From positions 124,001 through 181,398 of the forward strand of contig JAXLNO010000172.1 in assembly GCA_038087875.1 (NCBI GenBank): DNA of 57,398 bases, in the 5' to 3' direction. The notes below the pieces were generated by a model, which had not been told where the DNA came from, made no database searches, and was given only the letters and a program-made list of their open reading frames with translations. Below are positions 20,427 through 32,775 of the stretch, one piece after another (the stretch's first letter is position 1; each line of letters opens with the position of its first letter). Source of the stretch: Malacoraja senta. Taxonomy: Eukaryota. Made by a program: the position numbers and the translations under genes.

Positions 20427-23400
20427 AAGAATAGCATGCTGCCAACTGAAACCAACAAGTGAAACCAGAATACAAATGAATAAACTCGCTACACACTGGA
20501 AACATCTACAACAACCTCAGTAACACAGTTTTGACATCATAGGAATGAACAAACATGCAATCTTTTTTGTTTTAGGCTTTTGCAAGATGCGTGAGAATAT
20601 TAGATCAACACTCCAGGAATTTGGTAACACCTGAAAATTGTCTTAATAAAATTCACAGATCCATTGACCGTATTTTCAGCTCTGCTGCTGAGTGCAGAAA
20701 GTCCATAATTCTGCTGTAATAAATTGTGCACAAGCAAAATGTTTTGTGTGCATGATGCAATCGTACTTCATATCCTGTACAGGTTCCTTAATTCGTTACT
20801 TCCAAAAATTGTTGAGTACTTTGAAGGCAATATTTTAAAGTGTATTAATATTTAATGTCTCAACATAAATCATAGTGTAAATTAAGTTGGTGCACACTCG
20901 GGTTTTTTAAAATACCAACAGTATATGCTGCTCTCAATTTGAAATTGACAGTTTAAACTGATAATTGTATTTACATATATAGATTTTGGGCCGTTTGATC
21001 ATCATTTTAGAAAACAAATTGAAAATGTCATAGTAGGTTCCTAATTGTTAATTACACATAATGTATGCTACTTATTTGTTGCATAGATGTCACTACTTAG
21101 TTTATTTGGAATGAGTACTATTCTTTTTTAGAAGGTAAATCTTAAGTATTTTGTAGCCATTTGAGCAAAATCAAATATAACTAGAGAATTTTCAGTTATT
21201 TTCCAGAATTGGCTGGTTTGTAGTTTTTGTGACTTCATCGTGTAAAGTTAAAGGATCCGTGCTTTACATATTGTGAATGTATAATCCAACACGGAATTTG
21301 GGAAGAATATCTTTATTTGGTGAAAACTTGAAATTCATTACCTCACACATGCACTGAAGAGGAATTGTACGGAGGAGAAATGAAATTGGAGATTTACCTG
21401 AAACATGAAAATCAAAGTAATGATAAAGGGCTATTACTGTGCTGTAATATTCCATGCAACTGAGCTATCTGTGTGGTTTCTAAGTTGACAGTGTGATTAT
21501 ACTGTACACAAATTCTTGAAGTAACTAATTGATGGTTGCTCTTTGATTGTCTTCTTGAAGTAGAAAGAATGTATTTACATTGATGACACCATTAGTTCCA
21601 CCAATTATTCGATAGCGCACACAATTCTGTAACTCTTTTAATGTTTAATATCTTGGAAATTATGATATATGACTTTCAAAGCTCAATGGTTATTTCAAGA
21701 AACGTGAAATTTGTGAAAACTTTTCATCTAAAGTTTAAATAGTGGTGCCCGACCTACGACCACACACACCTCTTAAATAATTTAATCTATTATAATTAAG
21801 CTACATTTGTTTTACATGTTTGCCTCAATTATAAAAAGAGCACAAATTAATGTGTATTCTAAAGCAAAATTAAAATTAACTATTATACTTTTATTGCATA
21901 AAAGGCACGGTTGCTTGGAATTTCACAGATTTTGTTAAAAATTTGTACCTTAAATTAGAGATTGCAGTTAATAAGCATTTATAGCATTAAGAAGTTTTTA
22001 CCTTGACATTCTTCTCCTCAGTCCATTTCCCTATTTTAGTTTCGAAGATTGCATGCAGCAGACTCCTGTTGATGAAAAGATCTATTGGAAAAAAATGTAA
22101 TTCCAAGCAGTGTTCTGAGTTTGAACGGTTGTATTTGATTTAATGATATTAATGATATTAACAATATATTAGGCCATTTTTCCTAAATGAACTATATACT
22201 TGTGTCTTTGGTATATTTTGAGTTTCGATTATTTTCCTCTTTCCAGAAAAGGCATTGCAGCAGACTTCAAAGTTAATCATTAATGGAAAAATTAATAATA
22301 TGCTTTAATGAAGCAAGCTAAAAATTGGGGAAATTAGCTTTCTTATTTGTGCCATAACATCTGTTTTAAATTGATTTGATTGCATTTGTGCAATGCTGAA
22401 AGTTATCATTTGGCTTAAATATTTCAAAAATGTGCACGTAATGTTTATTGCAATTATTATAATAAGTGAAATGGTTCTTTTGACCTGTCAAAGTAAGGAT
22501 TGTGGGAAATGACTGAGGTGTTATCAATACCGCGTGTTGCTAGGTTTAAAAAGAATCAAATGGTCATTTTAATTTTTTTAACAAAATGTATGGTCTTTAT
22601 TTTGTAAAGTACAAGTTTATGATTTAATCAAAATTTAAGGTGACCTTTCCTACTGCGGGATTATATGCTTTAAAGAAATCCCATGTTATTTATTTTTCAT
22701 TATATCAATACACTATTATCCAAAGCTGAGCAGAATTGTTGTAATTTGGTCAGACAAATAACAAATGCAATGATTGTGAGCTAGAATTATTGTGTAATTA
22801 AGGAATGAATGTACTTCCGTGTCCAGAATTAACTTTTATTAGTGAGTGAAGTTTTAGGATATTGTGGCGTTGTGGGGAAGACTAAATTAGGCATGTAGTG
22901 AGGCCTGTAAATGTGTTGTCTGTAATAAGCACCATAAGATTTTGTCAACATGGGTAAAATTTACCATCATTTTAATATACATTATTTATTATTTATAAAT
23001 AATTTGATCTTAAATTCAGGCTGCTTAAAAAAAAGTATTTATTTGTTCCACTGAAAATTTATTATCACTGAGCTGATGATCATAGCCTTAATGTGCTGCT
23101 GACATGGACAGCATAGGTTTTGTATGTGTTGTGCCAACTGTAAGGAAAACTAGTTTCGTTACAGCATTGCTGCCGCCTTATAATTGATCTGTCATATGAG
23201 GAGGAAGCAGAGAAACCATGTTTCCCTGCAAGCATTAACTAAGTGGCATTTTTCACAATGGTATTTAAGAGAAGTTACCAAGTTGCACCAAAAGTGCAAG
23301 TTTTTTAAATCTTGAAATTAGAATAGTCAATGGAAAGGTACAGGGCCAGAAGAGACTATTAAAATCCATTGTCTCCGTTATCAGATTACATGATATCTGC

Positions 23401-23910
23401 TAAACCCTGAAGAAACCTTTTTTTAATCAAACATATATACAATATCAGTATTTCTCAGATTTGGCTGAAATGTTGAAATACTGTAGATTTTCAGCAAATA
23501 AATTCGGTCATTTAAACTGAAGACAAAATTCAAACTGCCTTTAAAAAAAATAAAAAAATAAACAAGAACAATATTTTGTCTTTTAAGTGTTTGAATATTT
23601 GTTTTTTAGATAACCATGTTCTGCCACAATTTGTGTTGACTTATCAGGCGTGTTTGTATTAACCTGATTCCATTCAGTTTACTTTTGGGGGAAATTACTA
23701 GGAATGGATAAGATTGTTTTCTGAGCATGCAGAAGAAAATTAGAATAGAAGAAAAGCTGTAATTGTTTTATTCACCTTCTGACTTCTAACTATGAAATCA
23801 CAAGGGGAATGTTTGTTTTATGAATGAATGAAAAGACTTCAATAAATGGAGCTTGAATCCAATTAAGAAACAATATCTTAATGACATTATCTAAATAAAA
23901 ATAATAAAGC
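20427..23910 (+). other. DPYSL5: Probable DPYSL5 3'UTR (end uncertain) with poly(A) signal candidates
   Basis: AT-rich sequence with no recognisable transposon directly after the stop. AATAAA at 20645 and 23497, a cluster near 23550 followed by a T/GT-rich tract, and more at ~23841-23907. Confidence 0.55.
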
Positions 23911-23962
23911 AATATAATTTGGTGGAACCTTTTTTATGGTTTCAACAAGCCTTAAGATTAGC

Positions 23963-24054
23963 TCTGAAGAAGGGTTTCGACCTGAAATGTCACCCATTCC
24001 TTCTCTCCAGAGATGCTGCCTGTCCCGCTGAGTTGCTCCAGCATTTTCTGTCTA
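23963..24054 (+). mobile_element. 92-bp Penelope-terminus unit with 13-bp TSD
   Basis: ccttaagattagc at 23950-23962 and 24055-24067. The body is homologous to 3958-4047. Confidence 0.9.
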
Positions 24055-25199
24055 CCTTAAGATTAGCAGGGTCATTTTTACCTAACCATTGTAGTTCTGG
24101 TTAAGGGCATGAAGCTTTCCTATCTTCTAAAATGGAACAATGGCCTTAAGAATTGATGCAGATAGTCATTACATTTATAAAATAGAACAGTTGATGTGTG
24201 CTTAATCCAAATCCACGTACTATGGCTTCAAAATCAATTTGAAAAGTTTCCAAAACGTGAAATTGTGAAGAGAAAGGAACAGCTGCTTGCCAGAGACCAG
24301 TCTGAAGTGCATGGATAACTAAATGGAAAACCTTCAGATTAGTTGTTAAAGTGTGTTCGTAGTTCAGCCCTCTTTATACGCATTAAAGGTATCCACAAGC
24401 AATGTGAATGTTAATAAAATATGGACACTCCACCTGTTGTCTTTCTAGATATTCTAAATGCGTCACAGATAATAAGAGGCAACGGTCTCTTAATGAAAGT
24501 TCCAAAGATGCACTTTTTTGCGCTGAAATCCACAATGTAGCTATAGGCTGGAGAATTAATTAAGACACAGCATATGTTGAATTATAGTCATTTCAAATTT
24601 GCAGCCTTTTCAAGGAGTTATCCCTCCAGGTGTTTACTATCCCTTGATTTTCAGCTCAAGCGGGAAAGAGACAGTTAGCTTAGAAATAGCTGAATTACTA
24701 TTTAGCATTATTATTTATGTGCATGAAAAATTAATGTTCACATTTTTTATTGTAGCTTTTAATCCTTTAAATTGTTTGTTTTTCACTAATTGTGCTTTTC
24801 CCATGTTAATTAAGGGCTATTCACATGGCATTGGTCTTTTGGGGATTCATTGAGAATCGCCTATTTGTCACTTCCTGCACTTGAATGATTCTTTACCATT
24901 GTGGGATTTTTGATACAATTGAAATGTTCTTATTTCTTCAAAATATGATGTCTACGCCCTGTTTTTATTGACTTCCAGGAAAATGTTAAAATCAGTGTTG
25001 GTTAATAATGCCATGCTTTGTTTACCCATGAAGTGGTCATCCCTGTGATTGCATATTTGTGGTATGTTGTTTATTTCCATTGTTATTAAAAAACAAAAAA
25101 AATAGTGAGACTTGTTTATCACAAAAACATTAATGTTGAATACCTGATTTAATATAAAGAGGGGCAGAATATAAAGGGAAATTCTTGCATTTTGCAGCA

Positions 25200-25720
25200 C
25201 AGTTCTAAATGCAATCAACAAATTAGTCTCCACAGCTTTCTGAGGTAGAGAATTCCAGTGATTAACCATCCTGAAGAAATTTTTATTTCTGAGTGCTAAA
25301 TGGCCTATCCATTATTTTGAGACTGATCTTTATTCCAGGCACTTCAGACAGAGGAAACCTCCTCCATCTTTCTAGTCAAGCACTCCAAGCATTTTGTAAG
25401 TTTCAATTGGATCTCGCATCTCATTCTTCTGAATGCAAGGGAACCTAGTTCTAGCCTATTCAAACTGTCCTTGTGTAGTAGATCTGCCATTCCAGGAACT
25501 GGTTTAGCTAATCTCTGCTGCATTCCCTCCAAAGCACAAATATCCTTTGATTGGAGAGAAGAAGATAAATTTGTCCACAATATTCCAGATGTTGACTCGC
25601 CAAACCCTATGACATTGTAGGAAGAAATTATTGCTCTTGTATTCAAATCACCTTATGGTAAAGGCCAGCCTTTACTTTCCTAATTGCCTGCTGAATCTAC
25701 ATGTTTAGTTTTGTTTATTG
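25200..25720 (-). mobile_element. Old CR1 fragment
   Basis: VNHWNSLPQKAVE; KDICALEGMQQR..PGM..LNRLEL..FRRMR. Confidence 0.75.
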
Positions 25721-27009
25721 TCAAGTGTAGAACAAAAAGCTTTGATAAAAATTAAGCCGTCCACAATGTACAGATACAGGATGAAGGGTATAACATTTAG
25801 TGTTATCTTTAATTAAATTGTGTCCCAGGTTCCTTAACATTATTCTCAATATTTCATCATTTAGAAAACTATTCATTGTTTTCTACTGAATGAGATAATT
25901 GTGCTCCAACATAACTCTAAGCTCTATCATAATTTTCATGAATTTACATTGCATCCCTTTCAAAGTCAAACTGTCTTCTCTGCATCTTAGAAGTAAAGAT
26001 CAACTTTCCAAAAGCTATTTTGACTTTCGTTTGTATTATGTTTTTTTAAATAGTAATTTATTTGCATAGACTTCTAAATCCCTTTGCTCCTGTGCAGCAA
26101 CTATCCTCTCTCCATTAAGAAAACATACTTTGTTTGATCTAAATGAATGATTATGTAACCAAAGAAGGATATTTCAAGGATTTGTGCCCTAATTCCAATA
26201 GAGAAATCAAGTGCTGCCAAGATGTATAAAAGAAAAAGTGTCCTGCTATAAAAATAACAATAATAATGTAACAAAAAAAACTCTTTAAAATTGACTTTCA
26301 ATCAGAGTCTGCAAACCAAGAGAGCAGAATCATTATGGGATTTCCCTCAACATTCTCACAGTAATGGTGGAGGCCTGAGGACAACTTTGTTCTGTAGTTG
26401 GAATCCTTGCATGCACTAACAAAAAAACTGAGAAGGATACGTTTAGGAGTAATATACTTTCATCCAGTTATTTTGGTTAATTAGATTTTTAAACAGATTT
26501 GATATTTTACTATTTACTCAAGGGCTACGAATCGTGCTCTTTTTGTGAAATTATGTACTTGAGCCATGGGTTCTTGCAAATTATTGATCTATAAGGTTTG
26601 AGTATATTTCAATTTGAAAATAATTCCATCTTGCCTCATTTTCAAACTTATTTCTCCCCATTTCCTATATTCCAATCCACCATTCTCTAATATATCTTTT
26701 TTCCCCTGAGTCCCCATCTTCACTTTCAATTTGAACCTGGTCTTCCAATTTCATCCTACTCTTTCCCCAAGCTGCTCTTCTATGAGTTAATAGTAATTCC
26801 TGAAAATTCACAGCTTCCAATTCCAGGTACAATTTCACAAATAGTTTTAGCTGTAAACTCTCCCAAAATAGAAAAATGGTTTCCTACTTTGTCCTTTTAA
26901 CATTTTTATAGATTTGATAATGTATTAAAAAAGTAAGAAAATATGAGGTTAAACACTCTTTCAAGATTTTAAGGAAATGTACATATTTTAAATCAATTGT
27001 GGTTCCGAA

Positions 27010-27175
27010 AGTGGAGACACGAGGAACTGCGGGTGCTGGTTTGCAACAAAAAAAACATTGTAACTTAGCAAGTCAGATAGCATCTCTGGAGAACATGGAT
27101 AGGTAACATTTTTGGTTGGGTCCCTTCAGTCTGTATTTCAGGATGCTGTGTGACTCCAGCATTTTGTGTCTTTCT
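27010..27175. mobile_element. Degraded Penelope terminal fragments in inverted arrangement (another at ~27845-27925)
   Basis: agcatctctggagaacatggataggtaac (minus orientation) followed by ggatgctg..actccagcattttgtgtct (plus orientation). Confidence 0.6.
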
Positions 27176-28974
27176 GTTTCCAAAATTGATTGTCTTTTAG
27201 CTTTCCTAATTTCTGCATAATAGCCATTCAGGTTATAGTAATTTCCCCTTGGAGAATTCACAAATCACCAGTGCATTTTTTTTTTGTGGCACTTTTAATA
27301 AACATACCTGTTGCATGGCCAGAAAATTAAATAATGATAATGATATGAATTTCACCCATGTGTGATTTATGATAAGTAAATAAATCAACACTTTTTTAAC
27401 TTGTTTCTTGATGTATCTGCAGATGACTTAGCTACCTGTTATGGAAAATCACAATAAGACCGGTTTTCCAGGAATGCAACCCAAATCTATTAGAAAAACA
27501 CATTTCTCAGTTTGTCTTCTAACTCTCAGTAACCATTCTAAATTGGTGACTCAACTTTAACTGCCCAACCTATGCAGATAGTGTTTCCTTGTTCACAGTG
27601 TCAAACTATCTTATTAGATCTCTGATCTGATATGATCCAGTTAAAATCATTTTAATACCTCAGACTTGCTCAAATATTGCATTCAACTACACCTTGCCAG
27701 TTTGCATTGAATAGTTGAGGACTTGAAAATCAAACCCTTTGATGACAACTATTCACACACAAATTAATATGTAATGCATTATAGTTAGAATGGTACAAAG
27801 GAATTGTACAAAGGATCAATTCTAAAAGTAAGTTTTTGAAGCAGGTTCCTGGCTCAAAACATCACCTCTCCATGTTCCCTGGAGATGCTGCCTGACTTGC
27901 TGATTAACTCTTGCACTTTGTGTCTTTTTTAGTTTTAAAAGCAACCTATGTTCGAGTTACTTGTAACACAATTGAACAGGTTTAAGAGCTATATTTAAAT
28001 CTTGTTAAGAGCACATAATTTATTTGGTCTGCTCAGGAACTTCAAAAGGTGCTAATATAATTCATCATTGTAATAGGAAATGGGACACCGGTGCTAAAGC
28101 AAAGATGAAGCCACATCCCAAATACCAAAACGGATTTTCTCAAATAATGATATCTCTTCATAACTTTTACTCAAAACAGTAGATCAGACTTTCTGGATGA
28201 AGGTTAGTTTCTGTGATTGACGTGACTTGTAAAACCTGGTGATGAAAACAGTATGTAAAAATATTTAGGCATACTTAGATAATTGACCAACAACAAAACA
28301 GATTGATATAAAAACAGACTAATTTTTACAATGTCTACTTTTTTCAATCACTTTCACCCTCTTTTTGCAAGAAATATTAACTTTATAGCAACATTACACA
28401 CCTTAAGGTGAAAAATTTCAACAAAAAGCATGCAAAAGAGGGGAAATTGAGTTTAAGTTTTAATTTGCATTATACTTTCATGATGGCCTAATTTGTAGAT
28501 TGTTTCAGGATAATCAGTAATGATTATTATGAAACCAGAAATTTTGGATTCAAAACTATGTCAAATTGGAGAAACACCTGGACTTATAATATTGAAAAAG
28601 ATTTTCTATATGTTTAAATATATTAGTAAAACTAAAATGACCTAATTTATGTTCTCAATATCTAATTTTATTATTTCTGCACTTATTATTTGTGAACAAT
28701 AAAATTGACATAAGAATGTGGTATACGTGGACTAAAATGAATGGAGATTAACAGTTGCAGTTTCTGTTGTTAGTGTTCTACAAATTAGGCCATTATGAAA
28801 GTATAATGCAAATTAAAACTTAAACTAATTTCCCCTCTTTTGCATGCTCTGAGCAAAAAAAAAAAACTTTCTTTGTCTTGTCATTAATAAACACTTAGTT
28901 ATTCTGAAGCTTTATCCCCTATTTCTAAGGAACTCTATTTGAAGAAACAATGTTTAAACAGCTACCATTAAAAA

Positions 28975-29300
28975 TTAAAAATTAAAAACCCTGAGGATTT
29001 TATGTTTCAGTAAAATCATCTCTGAAACTTCAATATCCCAATATAGGCCTACATTGTTTAATAGTTGTTCATATGTCAAGCCCTTCATCCCAGTATACAA
29101 CCTAATGAACTTTGCTTTGCTTCTGATACAAGGATACCCTTTCTGAAATATGGAGACCAAAACTCTACAACATATTCCTTATATGGTTTGCACCATCCCT
29201 GTGAGGTTGCATCAAAATTCCCAACTTTTGTACTGCTTACCCCTCGTAATCAAGGCCAACATTCAATAACCTTCCTGAGTAGTTTTACCTGCATACTAAC
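28975..29300 (-). mobile_element. Old CR1 fragment
   Basis: KFIRLYTGMKGLTYEQLLNNVGLY. The segment ggagaccaaaactctacaacatattc parallels 7201-7225. Confidence 0.65.
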
Positions 29301-30837
29301 TCTTTGTTATGAACTAGGACCCAATTATTTTGTACTACTACATTTTATTGTCTAACCAATAATTTGCTTTTACATTTTTTCCTGCAAAGTACAAAACCTA
29401 GCATCTTATTTCATGATAGTTCATCTCTCAACACTTTGACTGCAGATTGTTTAATTTTACCCTGTACAATGGATTTAAAGTTGATTTTTTAAACCAATTT
29501 TAAGGTCTATATCAATATTCATTAGTGTTTGCTTCAATTTGTTTCAACCGTGGGGAATTTTACAGTGACTGCAAAATCTTAATGTTAACTCTGCACTAAG
29601 CTTAACAATTTTAGGCAAATGTTATGAGCTATTATGTATCACATAATGCTACTTTAGATTTTCAGACTAAACCATTTGTGTTTTTGTTATGACATTTTCC
29701 ACTTGGAACCAGTTTGTTAATTTTCAAGTGAACTAAACTATCCCTTTTTAGCAATACTTCAAAAATGCACCATTTCCAATGTTTTTGTCAGTAGTCTCTC
29801 ATAACTACAGCTATATTTTAGCCATGTTGGATTTTAGGAACCAGGTTATTTAAACCATGTATTGTTTGAGCAAATTTCTGTTCCTTCAGTTGCTTTGAAG
29901 AAAACATGGAAAACCACTCAACTAGGATTTTGCGTAGTGATTAAAAAATGAGATGTGCAGATTTGCGTTTTTGTACTGTAATGCTGTGGAAAATTATGCC
30001 TTTGGCACTCTGTAGTTTGTTTAGAAAACTAAAATATTGTTGTCATTGTTAGGAAAGAAAACATTTTGGGTTGAAAAAAACGTTTAATTTTACTTGTGAT
30101 AACTAAGCTATTTTATAGTTATTTCATTGTATTTGTGTGTGTATACATATGTTTGTGATATTTATGTAAAACAGTATTAAACTTGTTTTGGAATGTATAC
30201 TAGTTTGTGAGATTTCTTTATATAAAAAAATAATCCAGAAACAAGATATTGGTACAATTAAATTGCAAATAGTCTGTATGTTTTAGCATATTACAGGTCA
30301 TTTTAACAATTGTTTTAACACTTAATCTATACAACATTCTTATACTACAGTTTAAGCTTCAAAGTAGGCTTTGAAAGTCTGAAGTTTAAATAGCTCGGAA
30401 ATGTGGTTTGGTATTGTAGTTGTAGTAAAGCTGACAAACAGCAGACTTAATTTGTTGCCAATGTTTTTAGCTGGTGCTCCACAATAAACAACTTATCTTT
30501 GAGATCCTCTTTCTGTTTCCTTTACTCCACTCTCGGTAAACAGCTGTCCACATTATTTCCATTTCAGGCCATTGCTACTGATGGTCAGTTTTTTTTCCTC
30601 GTGCATTGCATTTTCCTTTCAATATCATTTACATCAACTCCCTCAAACATTGAACCCGAATGTTCTACAAATCCAATGCCAATGCATAGCTCCATGTGCA
30701 TGTCCAATACAATTCCAATTTTGGTGTTCTTGACTTTCTGCCTTTTCTACAACACCCAAGCATATCAAACCAAAGCAGCAAGGTGTTGTGTCCATTTCTC
30801 CCCACCTCCCCCCATATTGATACTTGTCCTGCTACTT

Positions 30838-31397
30838 GACCACACCTGGAGTATTGTGTACAGTTTTGGTCTCCTAATCTGAGGAAAGACATTCTTGCCA
30901 TAGAGGGAGTACAGAGAAGGTTCACCAGACTGATTCCTGGGATGGCAGGACTTTCATATGAAGAAAGACTGGATAGACTCGGCTTGTACTCGCTCGAATT
31001 TATCAGATTGAGGGGGGATCTTATAGAAACTTACAAAATTCTTAAGGGGTTGGACAGGCTAGATGCAGGAAGATTGTTCCCGATGTTGGGGAAGTCCAGA
31101 ACAAGGGGTCACAGTTTAAGGATAAGGGGGAAATCTTTTAGGACCGAGATGAGAAAAACATTTTTCACACAGAGTGGTGAATCTCTGGAATTCTCTGCCA
31201 CAGAAGGTAGTTGAGGCCAGTTCATTGGCTATATTTAAGAGGGAGTTAGATGTGGCCCTCGTGGCTAAAGGGATCAGGGGGTATGGAGAGAAGGCAGGTG
31301 CAGGATACTGAGTTGGATGATCAGCCATGATCATATTGAATGGCGGTGCAGGCTCGAAGGGCCGAATGGCCTACTGCACCTATTTTCTATGTTTCTA
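30838..31397 (+). mobile_element. CR1 3' fragment, little diverged
   Basis: PHLEYCVQFWSPNLRKDILAIEGVQRRFTRLIPGMAGLSYEERL..RTRGH, with a (tttctatg)n tail. Confidence 0.95.
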
Positions 31398-32775
31398 CCT
31401 CTCTAAGGTTAACTGATCTAGTGGCAAACTAAAGTTTTGTACACTAAATCTTTAATACATCATTTAAAATATACCAGCTTTCAATTATCCTTTGTGCAGA
31501 GGACATCTGTCCCACCAGTTCAATTGAGTTTTTTGGGAGGAAGTGTCGTAGGGAAAGAATAATGAGGGCTAATAACTAGTAAATAGGGATGTGGAACTTC
31601 ATTGCTTATAGCGTGCACCCATCATTTTAATAGAAAATTGGGTCTACAGTCAATGACTTGTAGATACAAATTTTATTCTGTTTGTTACCTAATTATGTCT
31701 GTAAGCTCCATTCTGTAATCAATACATAATTTTACTGTTTATCAAATTTCTGTGTAATCTTGTCAACTGAGCTCCATTCTGTTAGAATATTGTGTTCAGT
31801 ATTCAAATAGCATTCCATTCTGTAAACAAAACGTTGTTTTACTGTTTAGCCATCCTTGATGAAAATCCCAAAGTGTCGTAAACAGAACCAATCACGGATA
31901 GAATACCCCTTCTTTTTTTTCTTTAAAAATTTTTTTTTTTATTTATTAGAAGTGAGTACATTACATTTTGATGGTACCTTTTTACAGGTTCCCAGAATTA
32001 TTAAAACATTCTATGTACAACTTCCTTTTTTTTTTAGAAAGAAATGAGAAAGAAAGAAATAGTGAAGAGTAAAGGAAAGTCTAGTGAGTGTGAGATAAAG
32101 AAAAGAAATAAGTAAGAAAGTGAAGCAGAAAGGAGATTCTCCCTCGCCACGTCGATGCTTTTTTATATTCTTAATCATTTTTTGCCCAAACCCAGAATTT
32201 TTTAATTTTACAATACTATTGCACCACATGAATCCACAAGGTCAATAAATGGAGACCAACTCGTTAAGAATTGGTCTTGTTTATCTATTAGGAGGAGTCT
32301 TATTTCTTCCAAGTGGGCAGTTTCCAACATATTACCAATCCACATTTTGAGTGTTGGTATAGTAGCATTTTTCCAAAATTTAAGTACGAGTTGTTTTGCT
32401 GTTATTAAACCATAATTAAAAAATGAAATTTGGGATATATTTAATTTGTTTCCGTCTCCTATTACTCCGAAGATAATCGTTTCCATATTAGGTTCCATTT
32501 TTATCTTAAATAAACTAGTAAATATATCAAATATATCACACCAAAATCCATGAAGTTTTGTGCAAGAAACGAAAGAATGTGTAATATTGGCATTTTGAGA
32601 AAGACATTTATCACAGATGGGAGAAATATTTGGATAAAATTTATTCAACCTAACTTTTGAATAATATAATCTATGTAATATTTTAAATTGAATTAAATTA
32701 TGTCTGGTGTTAATCGAACATTTATGTATATATATCAAATACCTCTCCCATGTTTCTTTAGAAATTGTTGTCATT

